Shown: positions 16,819 to 26,281 of the stretch, piece after piece | Numbering within the stretch: the stretch's first letter is position 1 | Layout: each line of letters starts with the position of its first letter | Position numbers and translations under genes: made by a program | The notes under the pieces: model-generated | What the model saw: the letters and a program-made list of their open reading frames with translations, nothing else | Told to the model about the DNA's origin: nothing | Database searches by the model: none | DNA from: Dehalococcoidia bacterium | Lineage (GTDB): Bacteria > Chloroflexota > Dehalococcoidia > Lucifugimonadales > UBA3495 | Length of the DNA stretch: 64,000 nucleotides | Assembly (NCBI GenBank): GCA_965203435.1 | Contig: CBDBCU010000003.1 | Location: 3,583 to 67,582, forward strand | Direction of reading: 5' to 3'

Positions 16819-18357
16819 ATGAAGTACGATGTCATTATTGTCGGGGCCGGTTCGGCCGGGTGCGTGCTGGCCGCCCGTCTTTCCGAGGAGCCGCAGCGGT
16901 CGGTGTTGCTGCTGGAAGCCGGCCCGGACTACCCGGATCTGGAATCCCTGCCGGCCGACTTGAAGTACGGGGATACCCGGGATGCCGAGCTGCGGGATGC
17001 GCCGCATAACTGGTCTTTGACCGGCAACATCAACCGGGTGCAGGGGGCCAAGCACGTGGCTCAAGGCAAGGTGGTGGGCGGTTCCGGGGCCATTAACGGG
17101 CAACTGCTGCTGCGGGGGATGCCCGAGGATTATGACCGCTGGGCTGCGTGGGGCAACCCGGAATGGGCTTATCTGAAAGTGCTGCCCTACTTCCGCAAAA
17201 TGGAGACCGACTTGGATATTCGGGACGATTTCCACGGCTCCGAGGGGCCGGTGCCGGTGTTACGCCGGGCCGCGGGGAAATGGCCGGCTATTCAGTCCGC
17301 TTTGTACCAGGCCAGCGTCGCCGCCGGGTTCCGGGAGGATGGCGATATGAACGGGCCGGAGTCCACCGGGGTGGCGACGGCGCCGGTGAACAATCCGGAG
17401 GGCATCCGAATGTCGGCCGCCCTGACGCATCTGAACCCGGCCCGCCATCGGCTGAACCTGACCATTCGCCCCCAAGTTTTGGCGCGGCGGGTGGTTTTTG
17501 ACGGCCAACGGGCGGTGGGCGTGGAAGTGGAAAGCGGCGGCGATATTTTCACCGTGGCCGGCGCGGAGATTATCCTCAGCGCCGGCGGATTGAAATCGCC
17601 GCATCTGCTGATGCTGTCCGGCGTGGGGCCGGCGGAGCAACTGAACGCCTTGGGTATCCCCATCGTGCAGGAATTGCCCGGCGTGGGGCAAAACCTGCGG
17701 AATCATCCCTCGGCCAGCGTAGCCTTTCGGGCCCGGGACGAAGTGGATTTGCCGGTAGATGCCCATTATGCGCGAGTGGCTCTGCGCTATACCGCCGCCG
17801 GCTCGGAACACCGCAACGATGTGATGATAATGACCAACGCCTCCTTCGTTACCCTGACCGGAGAGGATTTGCCCGACCGCACGGTGCGGGTATCCTGCGC
17901 TCTGGAAATGCCAGAGGGTTGCGGCGAGCTGCGGATTGTTTCCGCCGACCCCACGGTGCAACCGGAGTTTGACTACCGCTATCTGGAGGAATCCTGGGAT
18001 CGGGAACGGCTGCGGGAAGCCGTGCGCTTGTGCGCCCGGCTGATTGAATCGGAAGCCTACCGGGAGATTGCGGCGGAACGGCTGGCTCCCACGGAGGCGG
18101 AATTGGCCGATGATGACTTGCTGGACGACTATCTGTTCCGCACCCTGGGGACTTCCCGCCATGTGTCCGGCACCTGCAAAATGGGGCCGGTCACGGACGC
18201 TTTGGCGGTAGTGGATCAGTACGGCCGGGTGCATGGGCTGGCCGGCTTGCGGGTGGCCGACGCCGCCATCATCCCCTACTTGACCCGGGCCAACACCAAT
18301 GCCACCGCCCTGATGATTGGGGAAAAGGTAGCGGACTTTATTAAGGCGGGGAAGTAG
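16819..18357 (+). CDS. GMC-family FAD oxidoreductase (choline dehydrogenase-like)
   Basis: N-terminal YDVIIVGAGSAGCVLAARLSE FAD fold and C-terminal HVSGTCKMG. Confidence 0.9.
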   Translation: MKYDVIIVGAGSAGCVLAARLSEEPQRSVLLLEAGPDYPDLESLPADLKYGDTRDAELRDAPHNWSLTGNINRVQGAKHVAQGKVVGGSGAINGQLLLRGMPEDYDRWAAWGNPEWAYLKVLPYFRKMETDLDIRDDFHGSEGPVPVLRRAAGKWPAIQSALYQASVAAGFREDGDMNGPESTGVATAPVNNPEGIRMSAALTHLNPARHRLNLTIRPQVLARRVVFDGQRAVGVEVESGGDIFTVAGAEIILSAGGLKSPHLLMLSGVGPAEQLNALGIPIVQELPGVGQNLRNHPSASVAFRARDEVDLPVDAHYARVALRYTAAGSEHRNDVMIMTNASFVTLTGEDLPDRTVRVSCALEMPEGCGELRIVSADPTVQPEFDYRYLEESWDRERLREAVRLCARLIESEAYREIAAERLAPTEAELADDDLLDDYLFRTLGTSRHVSGTCKMGPVTDALAVVDQYGRVHGLAGLRVADAAIIPYLTRANTNATALMIGEKVADFIKAGK

Positions 18358-18432
18358 GCTATAATAGGTCTTAATTCTCCTTTGGATCGTACCTTATCCA
18401 GAGGTACATCCCAATATGAAAGGCAGACCTTG

Positions 18433-19911
18433 ATGCCTACCGAGCATTACGCTTCCTCGGATCCTGAAATTGTAGCCGTACCACAGGGCTACAAAGGGCT
18501 TTACGCCTTTCATAAGTATTGGGGCAAGAAGCCACACGAACCCATAGCCTACATCATCGAACAACTGTCCGAGCCTGGACAGATTGTAGTAGATCCTTTC
18601 GTGGGATCAGGAACTGTCGGTAGAGAAGCCTTGCTCCAGTCTCGCCGATTTATCGGGTCGGACATCAACCCGGTCGCGGTTGATCTCACGCGTTTGCTAA
18701 CGCATCCGCCGAACTCTAGCATCATCAGGGAATCGGTGCTTGAGATACAACACCGGGTAATGGACAAAATCCTCGAAAGTTACGCCACCGAGAGGGAGGG
18801 GGAATACGCCTCGCATTATCTCTGGAGCCAGTCTGAGCTCTTGAATGTTTGGGTTCTATCCGGTAGGCGTCGGGTAGAAAGGATCCCTACGCAGCGCGAT
18901 TATGCTCTGAGTATGTCTTTCGGGGGATACCAGACCAAGCTGGTGCGTCCGCCCAAGTTCTTTTTCAACCCGCGAATTAGCGCCAATACTTCCATGGGCG
19001 TTAATGACTTGCTTACCGGCCGGGCGCAGAGGAACATAGACCTTTTGATTGATGCCATCCAAGCGCAACCTAAGGCGGTACAATCTGCGTTAATGCTGTG
19101 CTTAACTGCCGCATCCGGCCAAATGAGCAAAATGGTATTTGCTGTGACCAATCGCGGCAAAACCAACGGAAAGGTATCCCATAGGATAGAGGTGGGCAGC
19201 TGGGTCATAGGATACTGGCGGCCCAAAATCCATTTCGAGGTCAACGTCTGGAATTGTTTCCAGCGTCGGGCTAGCAAGTTGTGCAATGCGATTGCCAACG
19301 GTGATCCTCTATCAACTACCATTGCGTCTCAAGAGCCTCTGGATGTGATTTCCGGGCGTAGCCAAGTTGCTGTGGTACTCGAAGACGCTGTGGAGACGAT
19401 ACAGGGTATCCCGGATGGCACCGTAAATCTGGTAATCACCGATCCGCCTCACGGTGATCGGATTCCATACCTCGAGCTAAGCGAGTTTTGGAACAGTCTG
19501 CTGGGGGCTCGTGCCGACTTCACGAAGGAGATTGTCATCTCTAACGCCTTGGACCGTCAAAAGAACCACGATAATTACGTCGGTTCTATCCGGGATTTTG
19601 TTGACCAAGTTCCCAAGGTGTTGACGACCCAAGGTTACTTTGTCTTGATGTTTAACTCAAGACAAGCAGAGATTTGGGCCAGCTTGGAGGCGTTGCGCCC
19701 GACTTCGGGAAAAGCCAAGGCTTCTATACAGTATCTCGGGTACTTTCCTTGCACCTATTCTGCACGGTCAGTGGTGCAAGATAATCGGAGGGGCAGCCTC
19801 AACACTGACTACGCTATGGTTTTTGCCAAATCCGCCAGCGGCTGGAACGACAAGTTGGCAGCATTGTCAAAAATCCCCGGTTGGTGTTGTTCCTTCCCCA
19901 AGGACTTTTAA
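18433..19911 (+). CDS. DNA methyltransferase (N6-A/N4-C type)
   Basis: DPFVGSGT (SAM-binding) near the N-terminus and LVITDPPHG (DPPY-type catalytic motif) in the C-terminal third. Lies in a visibly lower-G+C segment. Start chosen at ATG 18433; the track uses TTG 18382. Confidence 0.75.
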   Translation: MPTEHYASSDPEIVAVPQGYKGLYAFHKYWGKKPHEPIAYIIEQLSEPGQIVVDPFVGSGTVGREALLQSRRFIGSDINPVAVDLTRLLTHPPNSSIIRESVLEIQHRVMDKILESYATEREGEYASHYLWSQSELLNVWVLSGRRRVERIPTQRDYALSMSFGGYQTKLVRPPKFFFNPRISANTSMGVNDLLTGRAQRNIDLLIDAIQAQPKAVQSALMLCLTAASGQMSKMVFAVTNRGKTNGKVSHRIEVGSWVIGYWRPKIHFEVNVWNCFQRRASKLCNAIANGDPLSTTIASQEPLDVISGRSQVAVVLEDAVETIQGIPDGTVNLVITDPPHGDRIPYLELSEFWNSLLGARADFTKEIVISNALDRQKNHDNYVGSIRDFVDQVPKVLTTQGYFVLMFNSRQAEIWASLEALRPTSGKAKASIQYLGYFPCTYSARSVVQDNRRGSLNTDYAMVFAKSASGWNDKLAALSKIPGWCCSFPKDF

Positions 19912-19928
19912 GGGAGGGTGGCAACCAG

Positions 19929-21017
19929 ATGAACTTCGAGGAAGCCACGATTTCTTTCAAGAACGACAACATCCGTCAACTGGCGGAGGTTCCGGAAGGT
20001 TTGAGGTTTCTCAAACTTCAATCCATGTCGCGCAAGGATTACCTTCAGCAGCTATTCGCATCTGCTGAACTCGATCCTACCTCCACCAAGGTCACTGACC
20101 TGTTGCGGCAGGCATTCGAGTCGCCGCGTATCAGCGACGAGCAAATAGACGGATTCATCCGCAAAGCGTACGCTGAACAGCGCGTGGAGCGGCTCAATCT
20201 GGAACCGGCCCTTGTCAGCGAACTCTACAAGGTCCAAGTTTTCGATTGGGGCGGCCTCCATCAGAACAGCTTGGAACGGACTATCGTTGATCAGTATGTA
20301 AAGAAAATCAACGATTACGAGACCTTGAGTGAGAAGGTGGAGAGTGAACTCCATCAAAGTATGCGGGGCTATGTGTTGTGCTCGTGGTACAACCATTGGA
20401 CCTCCACCATCATAGAGGACTCTTTCCGAGACCACCCCGCCGTGTTGCCCGCAATCGGGCAAGTGAAAAAGATAGACTTTTTCGTCAATCAGGTTCCTTT
20501 CGATCTGAAAGTTACCCACTTGCCTGAAGGGTATATTGCCGAAGCGCGGAAGCAAGAAGGGTTAAGGCCAGAACTAACGCTACTTCGGCAGGCTGCCCGG
20601 TCATTGAAGATCGGCTCAGACCCTGGGATGTCCAATCCTCGGCAGTTGCAAAACCTCTGGACGCAACTCCAGGATCATCCCTCACCCACGGCTCGAGCCT
20701 TGATAGCCGAATTAACCAGCTTTCGGCTCCAGTTGCTTGACGATTCCCGAAACGAGCCTACGGAGCTGATTGTCTGGTTATACGAGAATCAAGGTGTGAG
20801 ACGATTTGACGCGTCGAACCGGTTGTTCCTCGTCTTGGTTGACAGGAATAACTTTTTCGACTCTTGGAAGCTGAAGCGAGCAAAGCCACTGCTTGACCAA
20901 CAAATTCATGCATACTTGGATAGTGCAGGACTCAACCCTGGACGCCAAGTAGAGTTTGATTGGGAAGGTGGAAAGCATACCGTTCAATCGGACGCGGTAT
21001 TCATAGTGAACCCCTAG
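19929..21017 (+). CDS. hypothetical protein, candidate type II restriction endonuclease partner
   Basis: Start ATG 19929 behind GGAGGG, 15 nt after the methylase stop. KKID-x8-DLK string is compatible with PD-(D/E)XK. Same lower-G+C segment. The functional call rests on context only. Confidence 0.45.
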   Translation: MNFEEATISFKNDNIRQLAEVPEGLRFLKLQSMSRKDYLQQLFASAELDPTSTKVTDLLRQAFESPRISDEQIDGFIRKAYAEQRVERLNLEPALVSELYKVQVFDWGGLHQNSLERTIVDQYVKKINDYETLSEKVESELHQSMRGYVLCSWYNHWTSTIIEDSFRDHPAVLPAIGQVKKIDFFVNQVPFDLKVTHLPEGYIAEARKQEGLRPELTLLRQAARSLKIGSDPGMSNPRQLQNLWTQLQDHPSPTARALIAELTSFRLQLLDDSRNEPTELIVWLYENQGVRRFDASNRLFLVLVDRNNFFDSWKLKRAKPLLDQQIHAYLDSAGLNPGRQVEFDWEGGKHTVQSDAVFIVNP

Positions 21018-22474
21018 CCGTCCCGTTCCAGAAACTGCCGCACTTGGTCCATCAGCGGGGCCCGGTCGTAGGTGGCGGCGAGGATTTGGGCGTTGCGGAC
21101 ATAGTCGCCGGCAAAGAACCGCTCGTAATGCAAATTGCGGCTGCCAAAGGCGCTGCAAGCAATGTCCCAAGCCAAGTGAAAGAGCTTGGTACGCTCCAGA
21201 GCCGAGGCGGTGTCGGTAGCCAGGTAATGCTCCAGGTCGGGGCGCAGTTCGGAAGCGAAGTCGGCTTGCCCCGGCAGGGCCATCATACTGCTGGAGCCGA
21301 GCAGTTGCAGGATTTCCACCATCCGGGGGTAAAAGCTGCGGGAATAGATATTCTCCGCCACGGTCAGGGGAAAGCGGGCCGGGGTAAAAGTTCCCCATTC
21401 GTCCGCGGCGGCGTCAACTTCAGCGGTGCGCAGCAGGGCCTTGATGATTTCCAGGTGCATAATCATTTCGCCCAGGCGATCCTGCACATGGGGCTGCTGG
21501 CCGGAACCCAGGGTTTCCACCATCAGAGACGCCGTGCCGAGCAGAAACTCGGTTTTAGCCAGGATGCGGGTAACGACCTGATGGAAGCTGTGGACAATCC
21601 AACCGGTGCCGTAGGCCATATCGTTGCAACGCTGCACATCCCCCAGCAGAAATACCCGTTCCCAAGGCACCAGCACATCATCGAAAATCACCACCGCGTC
21701 CATTTCCTCAAAGCGCGCCCCCAAGGGATGGTCAAAGGCGGGGCGGCCATAGTCAAAACTTTCCCGGCAGATAAAGCGCAGGCCCGGCGTGGCGCAGGGA
21801 ATGGAGAAGGACAAGGCGTATTTATCGGCGTCGGCCACCGTTTGGTGGGAGCGGGAAGGATAAACGGCGATTTCGTCGGAGAGGGGGCCGAGGGTAGCCA
21901 AGACCCGCGCCCCGCGCACTATCAAGCCGTCATCCCGCTCTTTGACCACCCGCAAAGCCACATCCTCAGCCAGGTTGTCGGCGTTCTGCGGCTGGGGGAT
22001 GCGGGAACGCTGGGGATTGACCAGGGTATGGGTCAGGCACAAATCCTGTTCCCGGATCAGTTCGTAGTAGCGCCGGATGTTGTCGCCGAAATCCGGGCGG
22101 ACGGCGGCGAAGTAGGGGGCGGCCCCGGCCATGGCCACAAAGGCGGCGTTCATATAATCGGGAGTGCGCCCCATCATCCCGCCGTGAAACTGGGCCCACT
22201 GATAGAACATCGCCCGCCGCCGTTCCAAATCGGCAAGGCGGCGCGGCGTCAGGAAAGACATTCCCACCGGGTCGCCGGTCGTGGGCGAGGGGTAGGTCAT
22301 CATTTCCCGCAAATCGGGCTGATGTTGCAGATCGTAGAGGGCGGCGATGGAGCGGGCGCCGTTAGCCAGGCCGGGATGGGCGGTAACATCGGCCACCCGG
22401 ACGCCGTCCATCCAGACTTCCGGGGGCTGGTCTTTAAGCCGTTGCAGGTATTGGGCGCCGGTGCGGGCAGGCAT
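21014..22474 (-). CDS. 4-hydroxyphenylacetate 3-monooxygenase oxygenase-component (HpaB) family protein
   Basis: 486 aa. N-terminus TGAQYLQRLKD...VW.DG..V.DVT.HP and the length are typical of the HpaB family. Confidence 0.85.
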   Translation of the reverse strand: MPARTGAQYLQRLKDQPPEVWMDGVRVADVTAHPGLANGARSIAALYDLQHQPDLREMMTYPSPTTGDPVGMSFLTPRRLADLERRRAMFYQWAQFHGGMMGRTPDYMNAAFVAMAGAAPYFAAVRPDFGDNIRRYYELIREQDLCLTHTLVNPQRSRIPQPQNADNLAEDVALRVVKERDDGLIVRGARVLATLGPLSDEIAVYPSRSHQTVADADKYALSFSIPCATPGLRFICRESFDYGRPAFDHPLGARFEEMDAVVIFDDVLVPWERVFLLGDVQRCNDMAYGTGWIVHSFHQVVTRILAKTEFLLGTASLMVETLGSGQQPHVQDRLGEMIMHLEIIKALLRTAEVDAAADEWGTFTPARFPLTVAENIYSRSFYPRMVEILQLLGSSSMMALPGQADFASELRPDLEHYLATDTASALERTKLFHLAWDIACSAFGSRNLHYERFFAGDYVRNAQILAATYDRAPLMDQVRQFLERDG

Positions 22475-22665
22475 AAGGCGGACCTCTCTCTCTTTGACCT
22501 CTCAATCCGGGTGGCTACCAGTATAACAGGGCAGGGGAATAACCGCTTGCCTAATTGCGCCGGGCGGCATTGCAGGGTAAGATAGGCAGTAGCAAGGATA
22601 AGGCGGGGTCAGGCGGCCGGCTGCCATCCGGCCCCGGCCGCAAATCCGTTGGCAAAGGAGTCGCT

Positions 22666-23280
22666 ATGATTTACGAAGTCCGCACCTATACCCTGGAACC
22701 CGGCACGGTGGCGCAGTTTGAGGCGGGGTTTGCCGAAGCCCTGCCGCATCGGGAAAAGTATTCCCCCCTGGCCGCCTTTTGGCATACCGACATCGGGCCG
22801 CTGAACCAGGTTATCCATGTCTGGCCCTACGAAAACCTGGGGGAACGGGAACGCATCCGGGCGGCGGCGGCCCAGGATCCCCATTGGCCGCCGGCCGACC
22901 TGAGCATGATTCAGATCATGGAGTCGGAAATCTGGAATCCGGCGTCCTTTATGCGGCCCATGGGCGGCGGCCAGGAGTTGGGCGGCGTCTATGAGATGCG
23001 GGTCTATACCTACAAGCCGGGGTCGATGCCGGAGTTGCTGCGGCGGTGGGAAAAGGCTTTGCCCTGGCGGGAGCAGTTTTCGCCCTGCGCGGCGGCGATG
23101 CACAGCGAGTTGGGCGGGCTGAATCGCTGGATGCACATTTGGCCCTACCGGGATTTGAATCACCGGGAGGAAGTGCGGAAAGCCTCGGCCGGCACGCCCA
23201 ATTGGCCCTCGGGGGCGCCGGGCCGCATCCGGCAGGAAAACAAGATTATGGTTCCGGCCGCCTTTTCCCCGATGCGCTAG
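22666..23280 (+). CDS. NIPSNAP-family protein (two repeats)
   Basis: MIYEVRTYTL..G and a second YEMRVYTYKPG repeat. ATG 22666 lies behind GGCAAAGGAG. Confidence 0.8.
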   Translation: MIYEVRTYTLEPGTVAQFEAGFAEALPHREKYSPLAAFWHTDIGPLNQVIHVWPYENLGERERIRAAAAQDPHWPPADLSMIQIMESEIWNPASFMRPMGGGQELGGVYEMRVYTYKPGSMPELLRRWEKALPWREQFSPCAAAMHSELGGLNRWMHIWPYRDLNHREEVRKASAGTPNWPSGAPGRIRQENKIMVPAAFSPMR

Positions 23281-23296
23281 ACCGATAACCCTTTCA

Positions 23297-23375
23297 TTGC
23301 GGCCTATTCATTCCGCTCATCCTGAACTTGTTGAAGGGTCATCCTGAACCTGTCGTAAGGATGAATAGGCCGCAA
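23297..23375. repeat. REP-A composite with 15-bp terminal inverted repeats
   Basis: TTGCGGCCTATTCAT ... ATGAATAGGCCGCAA flanks CCGCTCATCCTGAACTTGTTGAAGG units. Confidence 0.85.
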
Positions 23376-23394
23376 CAGCGTAACGGGGAGAGTT

Positions 23395-24597
23395 TTGCTG
23401 AACCTTGCCGATTTGCCCGCCGATTTGGATACGCCGGCTTTTGTCTATGATGAAAGGGCGGTGGGGCAACTGCTGGGCTATGGGCAGCGGCTGCGGGCCG
23501 ATACCGGTTGCCAGGTTCTCTATTCCCTGAAACCTTTGCCCCTGCCGGATTTGCTGGCGCGGATGCTGCCCAAGTTGGACGGGTTCGCCGCCAGTTCCCT
23601 TTTTGAGGCCCGGTTGGCTCGGGAAGTTATGGATCGGGCGGCCGCCGCCGGCGGCTTAACCGGGCAAAAGTCGCTGCACCTTACTACGCCTGGCTTGCGG
23701 CCGGCAGAGGTAGCGGAAATCGGGGAATTGTGCGATTACCTTTCCTTTAATTCCCTGAGCCAGGGGCAAAGACACCGGGCGGAATTGGCCGGCCGGGTTA
23801 GTTGCGGGCTGCGGGTCAATCCCGGTTTATCCTTTCTGGCGGATGAACGGTATGATCCCTGCCGGCCCGATTCCAAGTTGGGCGCGCCTTTGGAAAGCGT
23901 TGCCGCCTTAGGCGCTGACCGCTCGGCAGAATTGGCCGGGTTGGAGGGGGTACTAATCCACAGCAACTGCGAGGCCACCGATTATCGGGAACTGGAAACT
24001 ACAGTAACCCGGCTGCATCAGGAAATTCCCGGCCTGCTGCGGCAAGTCAAATGGATTAACCTGGGCGGCGGCTATCTTTTTGGCGCGGATATTGATTTGA
24101 CGCCGCTATACCGGGCGGTCGGATTGCTGCAAGACCGGTACGGGTTGGCAGTGTTCATCGAGCCGGGGGCGGCTTTCATCCGTTCCGCCGGTTACATTGT
24201 CGCGACGGTCCTGGATTTGTTTGCCCACGGGGACAAGACCATTGCCATTCTGGACACTACGATTAACCATATTCCGGAAGCCTTAGAGTTTGACTTTGAG
24301 CCGGATGTAGCCGGGCATACCGAGCAGGGGCGGTATGGGTATCTGCTGGCCGGCAGCACTTGCCTGGCTGGGGATGTGTTTGGGGAATACCGCTTTGAGC
24401 AGCCGCTGGCGGTGGGCGGCCGGGTGATTTTTTACAATGCCGGGGCTTATACTCTGGCGAAAGCCCATACTTTTAACGGCGTCAACCTGCCTACGATATA
24501 CGCCATGACCGAAGCCGGGCGTTTGGAAATGAAACGGCGGTTCACCTACGACGACTATGCCGCCCGTTGGGGAGCCTATGCCGGCCATCCTGTTTGA
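23395..24597 (+). CDS. nspC: carboxynorspermidine/carboxyspermidine decarboxylase
   Basis: 400 aa. TTG start behind GGGGAG. DTPAFVYDE, NLGGGYLFG, STCLAGDVFGEY and AGAYTLAKAHTFNGVNLPTIY resemble NspC. Confidence 0.7.
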   Translation: MLNLADLPADLDTPAFVYDERAVGQLLGYGQRLRADTGCQVLYSLKPLPLPDLLARMLPKLDGFAASSLFEARLAREVMDRAAAAGGLTGQKSLHLTTPGLRPAEVAEIGELCDYLSFNSLSQGQRHRAELAGRVSCGLRVNPGLSFLADERYDPCRPDSKLGAPLESVAALGADRSAELAGLEGVLIHSNCEATDYRELETTVTRLHQEIPGLLRQVKWINLGGGYLFGADIDLTPLYRAVGLLQDRYGLAVFIEPGAAFIRSAGYIVATVLDLFAHGDKTIAILDTTINHIPEALEFDFEPDVAGHTEQGRYGYLLAGSTCLAGDVFGEYRFEQPLAVGGRVIFYNAGAYTLAKAHTFNGVNLPTIYAMTEAGRLEMKRRFTYDDYAARWGAYAGHPV

Positions 24598-25888
24598 GCG
24601 GGAACTCTTTATCCCCCAGCCGCCGCAGCAGCCGGACCTGCGGGCCAAGTTGGCGGCGGCGGTAGCCGCCCAGCTGGAGCCGGGGGAAATCCCCCTCCGC
24701 CTGGCGGTGACGGCATCCACGGCCCAGGGCTGCCAGGCCGAAGTGGGTATCCTGGCCGGCATCGCTGGGGACGGGATGCCGCCCTTGTTTCAGGGGCGGC
24801 GGCGTCCGGGGGAAAATACCGGCCGGTTTAATGCGGCGCTGCTGGTGCCAACCGGCATTGGGGCGGAAATCGGCGGCCATGCCGGGGATGCCGGGCCGGT
24901 GGCAACCCTGCTGGCGGCGGCCTGTGACACCCTGATAACCCATCCCAATGTGGTCAACGCCTCGGATATTATTGACCTGCCGGCCAACGCTTTGTATGTG
25001 GAGGGCAGCGTCATTACCCGGTTGCTGTTGGGCAGCGCCGGCTTGCGGCCGGTACGCAGCAACCGCCTGCTGGTGGTTATCGGGCATCATTCGGATGAGC
25101 TGTTCGTCCACGCCGCCATTAACTCGGTCAACGCGGCCCGGGCATCTTATGGGCTGAGGGTACCCCGGATTATCCGCTTGGGGGCGGGTTTTGAGCTGGA
25201 TTCCTGCTACGCCGGCTCCGGGCGGGCTACCGGGCAGGCGCAGGGTCTGGAACAGGTTTTTGACGCTTTGGATAGTTGCCGGGGGGATTATGATGCGGTA
25301 GCCATCACTTCCCAAATCACGGTGCCGCCGGGCTACCATGCCGATTATTTTGACAGCCGGGGGGAAATGGTGAACCCCTGGGGCGGAGTGGAGGCGCTGC
25401 TGACCCATGCCCTTTCCGCCCGCTACGCCGTGCCAACAGCCCATTCGCCGATGCTGGAAACCCAGGAAATCGCCAACGCCGATCCGGGCATTGTGGATCC
25501 GCGGATGGCGGCGGAAGCGGTATCCCTGGCCCTGCTGCAATGTATCCTGAAAGGATTGCAGCGCAGTCCGGCGATCGTAACGGATCCAGCGGCGATGCCA
25601 AGCCCCGGCGTCCTCACCGCCGCCGATGTATCCTGCCTGGTCATCCCGGACGGGTGTCTGGGCCTGCCGACCCTGGCCGCTTTAGAGCAGGGGATACCGG
25701 TAATTGCGGTGCGGGAAAACCGCAATCTGATGCGGAATGACTTGACCGCCCTGCCCTGGGCCGCCGGGCAGTTGCAAATCGTAGAAAATTATTGGGAAGC
25801 GGCCGGGGTGATGGCGGCGTGGCGGGCGGGAATAGACCCGGCGGCGGTGCGGCGGCCGCTGCCGCCGGCGCCGGTGGATTGGGCCTAG
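24578..25888 (+). CDS. conserved hypothetical protein, DUF3326-like
   Basis: LLVPTGIGAEIGGHAGDAGPVA...LITHPNVVNAS matches my memory of DUF3326. Overlaps the nspC 3' end by 20 nt (41 nt if the start is 24557). Confidence 0.5.
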   Translation: MPAILFERELFIPQPPQQPDLRAKLAAAVAAQLEPGEIPLRLAVTASTAQGCQAEVGILAGIAGDGMPPLFQGRRRPGENTGRFNAALLVPTGIGAEIGGHAGDAGPVATLLAAACDTLITHPNVVNASDIIDLPANALYVEGSVITRLLLGSAGLRPVRSNRLLVVIGHHSDELFVHAAINSVNAARASYGLRVPRIIRLGAGFELDSCYAGSGRATGQAQGLEQVFDALDSCRGDYDAVAITSQITVPPGYHADYFDSRGEMVNPWGGVEALLTHALSARYAVPTAHSPMLETQEIANADPGIVDPRMAAEAVSLALLQCILKGLQRSPAIVTDPAAMPSPGVLTAADVSCLVIPDGCLGLPTLAALEQGIPVIAVRENRNLMRNDLTALPWAAGQLQIVENYWEAAGVMAAWRAGIDPAAVRRPLPPAPVDWA

Positions 25889-25946
25889 CTGCTCCGGATT
25901 CCCGTGGGCCCGGGCAGGACGGTTTTACCGGGAAGGGCCGGGATCC

Positions 25947-26225
25947 CTACCCCGGCAATAAGCCATCGCCGATAAAGATATGCTCGGCCTCCTCCAGGGT
26001 CAGGTCGGTTTCCGGGAGGATTAAGTCCGACTCGACCAGTTCCTCCACGGGAACCGGCGCGCCCTTTTCCCGGACCAGGGTCAGCATTTCCCCCAGCAGG
26101 CGGGCAAAGGCGGCCGCGTCCTCGGATTCCACGGCGGCCACCATTTGGTTGTCAATTTCGTTCAGTTCGTCGATGCAGGCGCCGGGCAGGTTGAACTGGC
26201 CCTCGCTGAGAATGCGGACAATCAT
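25947..26225 (-). CDS. PspA-associated protein (PspAA)
   Basis: MIVRILSEGQFNLP...LNEIDN...EDAAAF...LILPETDLTLEEAEHIF.GDGLLPG, immediately downstream of pspA. Confidence 0.7.
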   Translation of the reverse strand: MIVRILSEGQFNLPGACIDELNEIDNQMVAAVESEDAAAFARLLGEMLTLVREKGAPVPVEELVESDLILPETDLTLEEAEHIFIGDGLLPG

Positions 26226-26281
26226 TCGGCAAGTCTCCCGGTTTTCCGATTTAAGGGGATGGGTTGGCAAGGTTTCGTTTG

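Noticed and set aside
16548-16835. 95-aa ORF with an internally repeated sequence (FFPLILNLLKDGRKEIPAKA twice). Similar repeat-derived ORFs lie at 28904-29161, 29009-29296, 43258-43443, 45649-46104 and 63440-63781.
   Set aside because: They are translations of REP-A or family-B repeat units (LILNLLKDG, SFPRKRESR, IPAYAGMT, RLRGNDG). The same peptides appear wherever the repeats occur, in either orientation.
24557-25888. Reading the 443-aa ORF as the missing carboxynorspermidine dehydrogenase.
   Set aside because: No N-terminal Rossmann GxGxxG motif and no saccharopine-dehydrogenase-like pattern is visible. Its motifs match my memory of DUF3326 instead.
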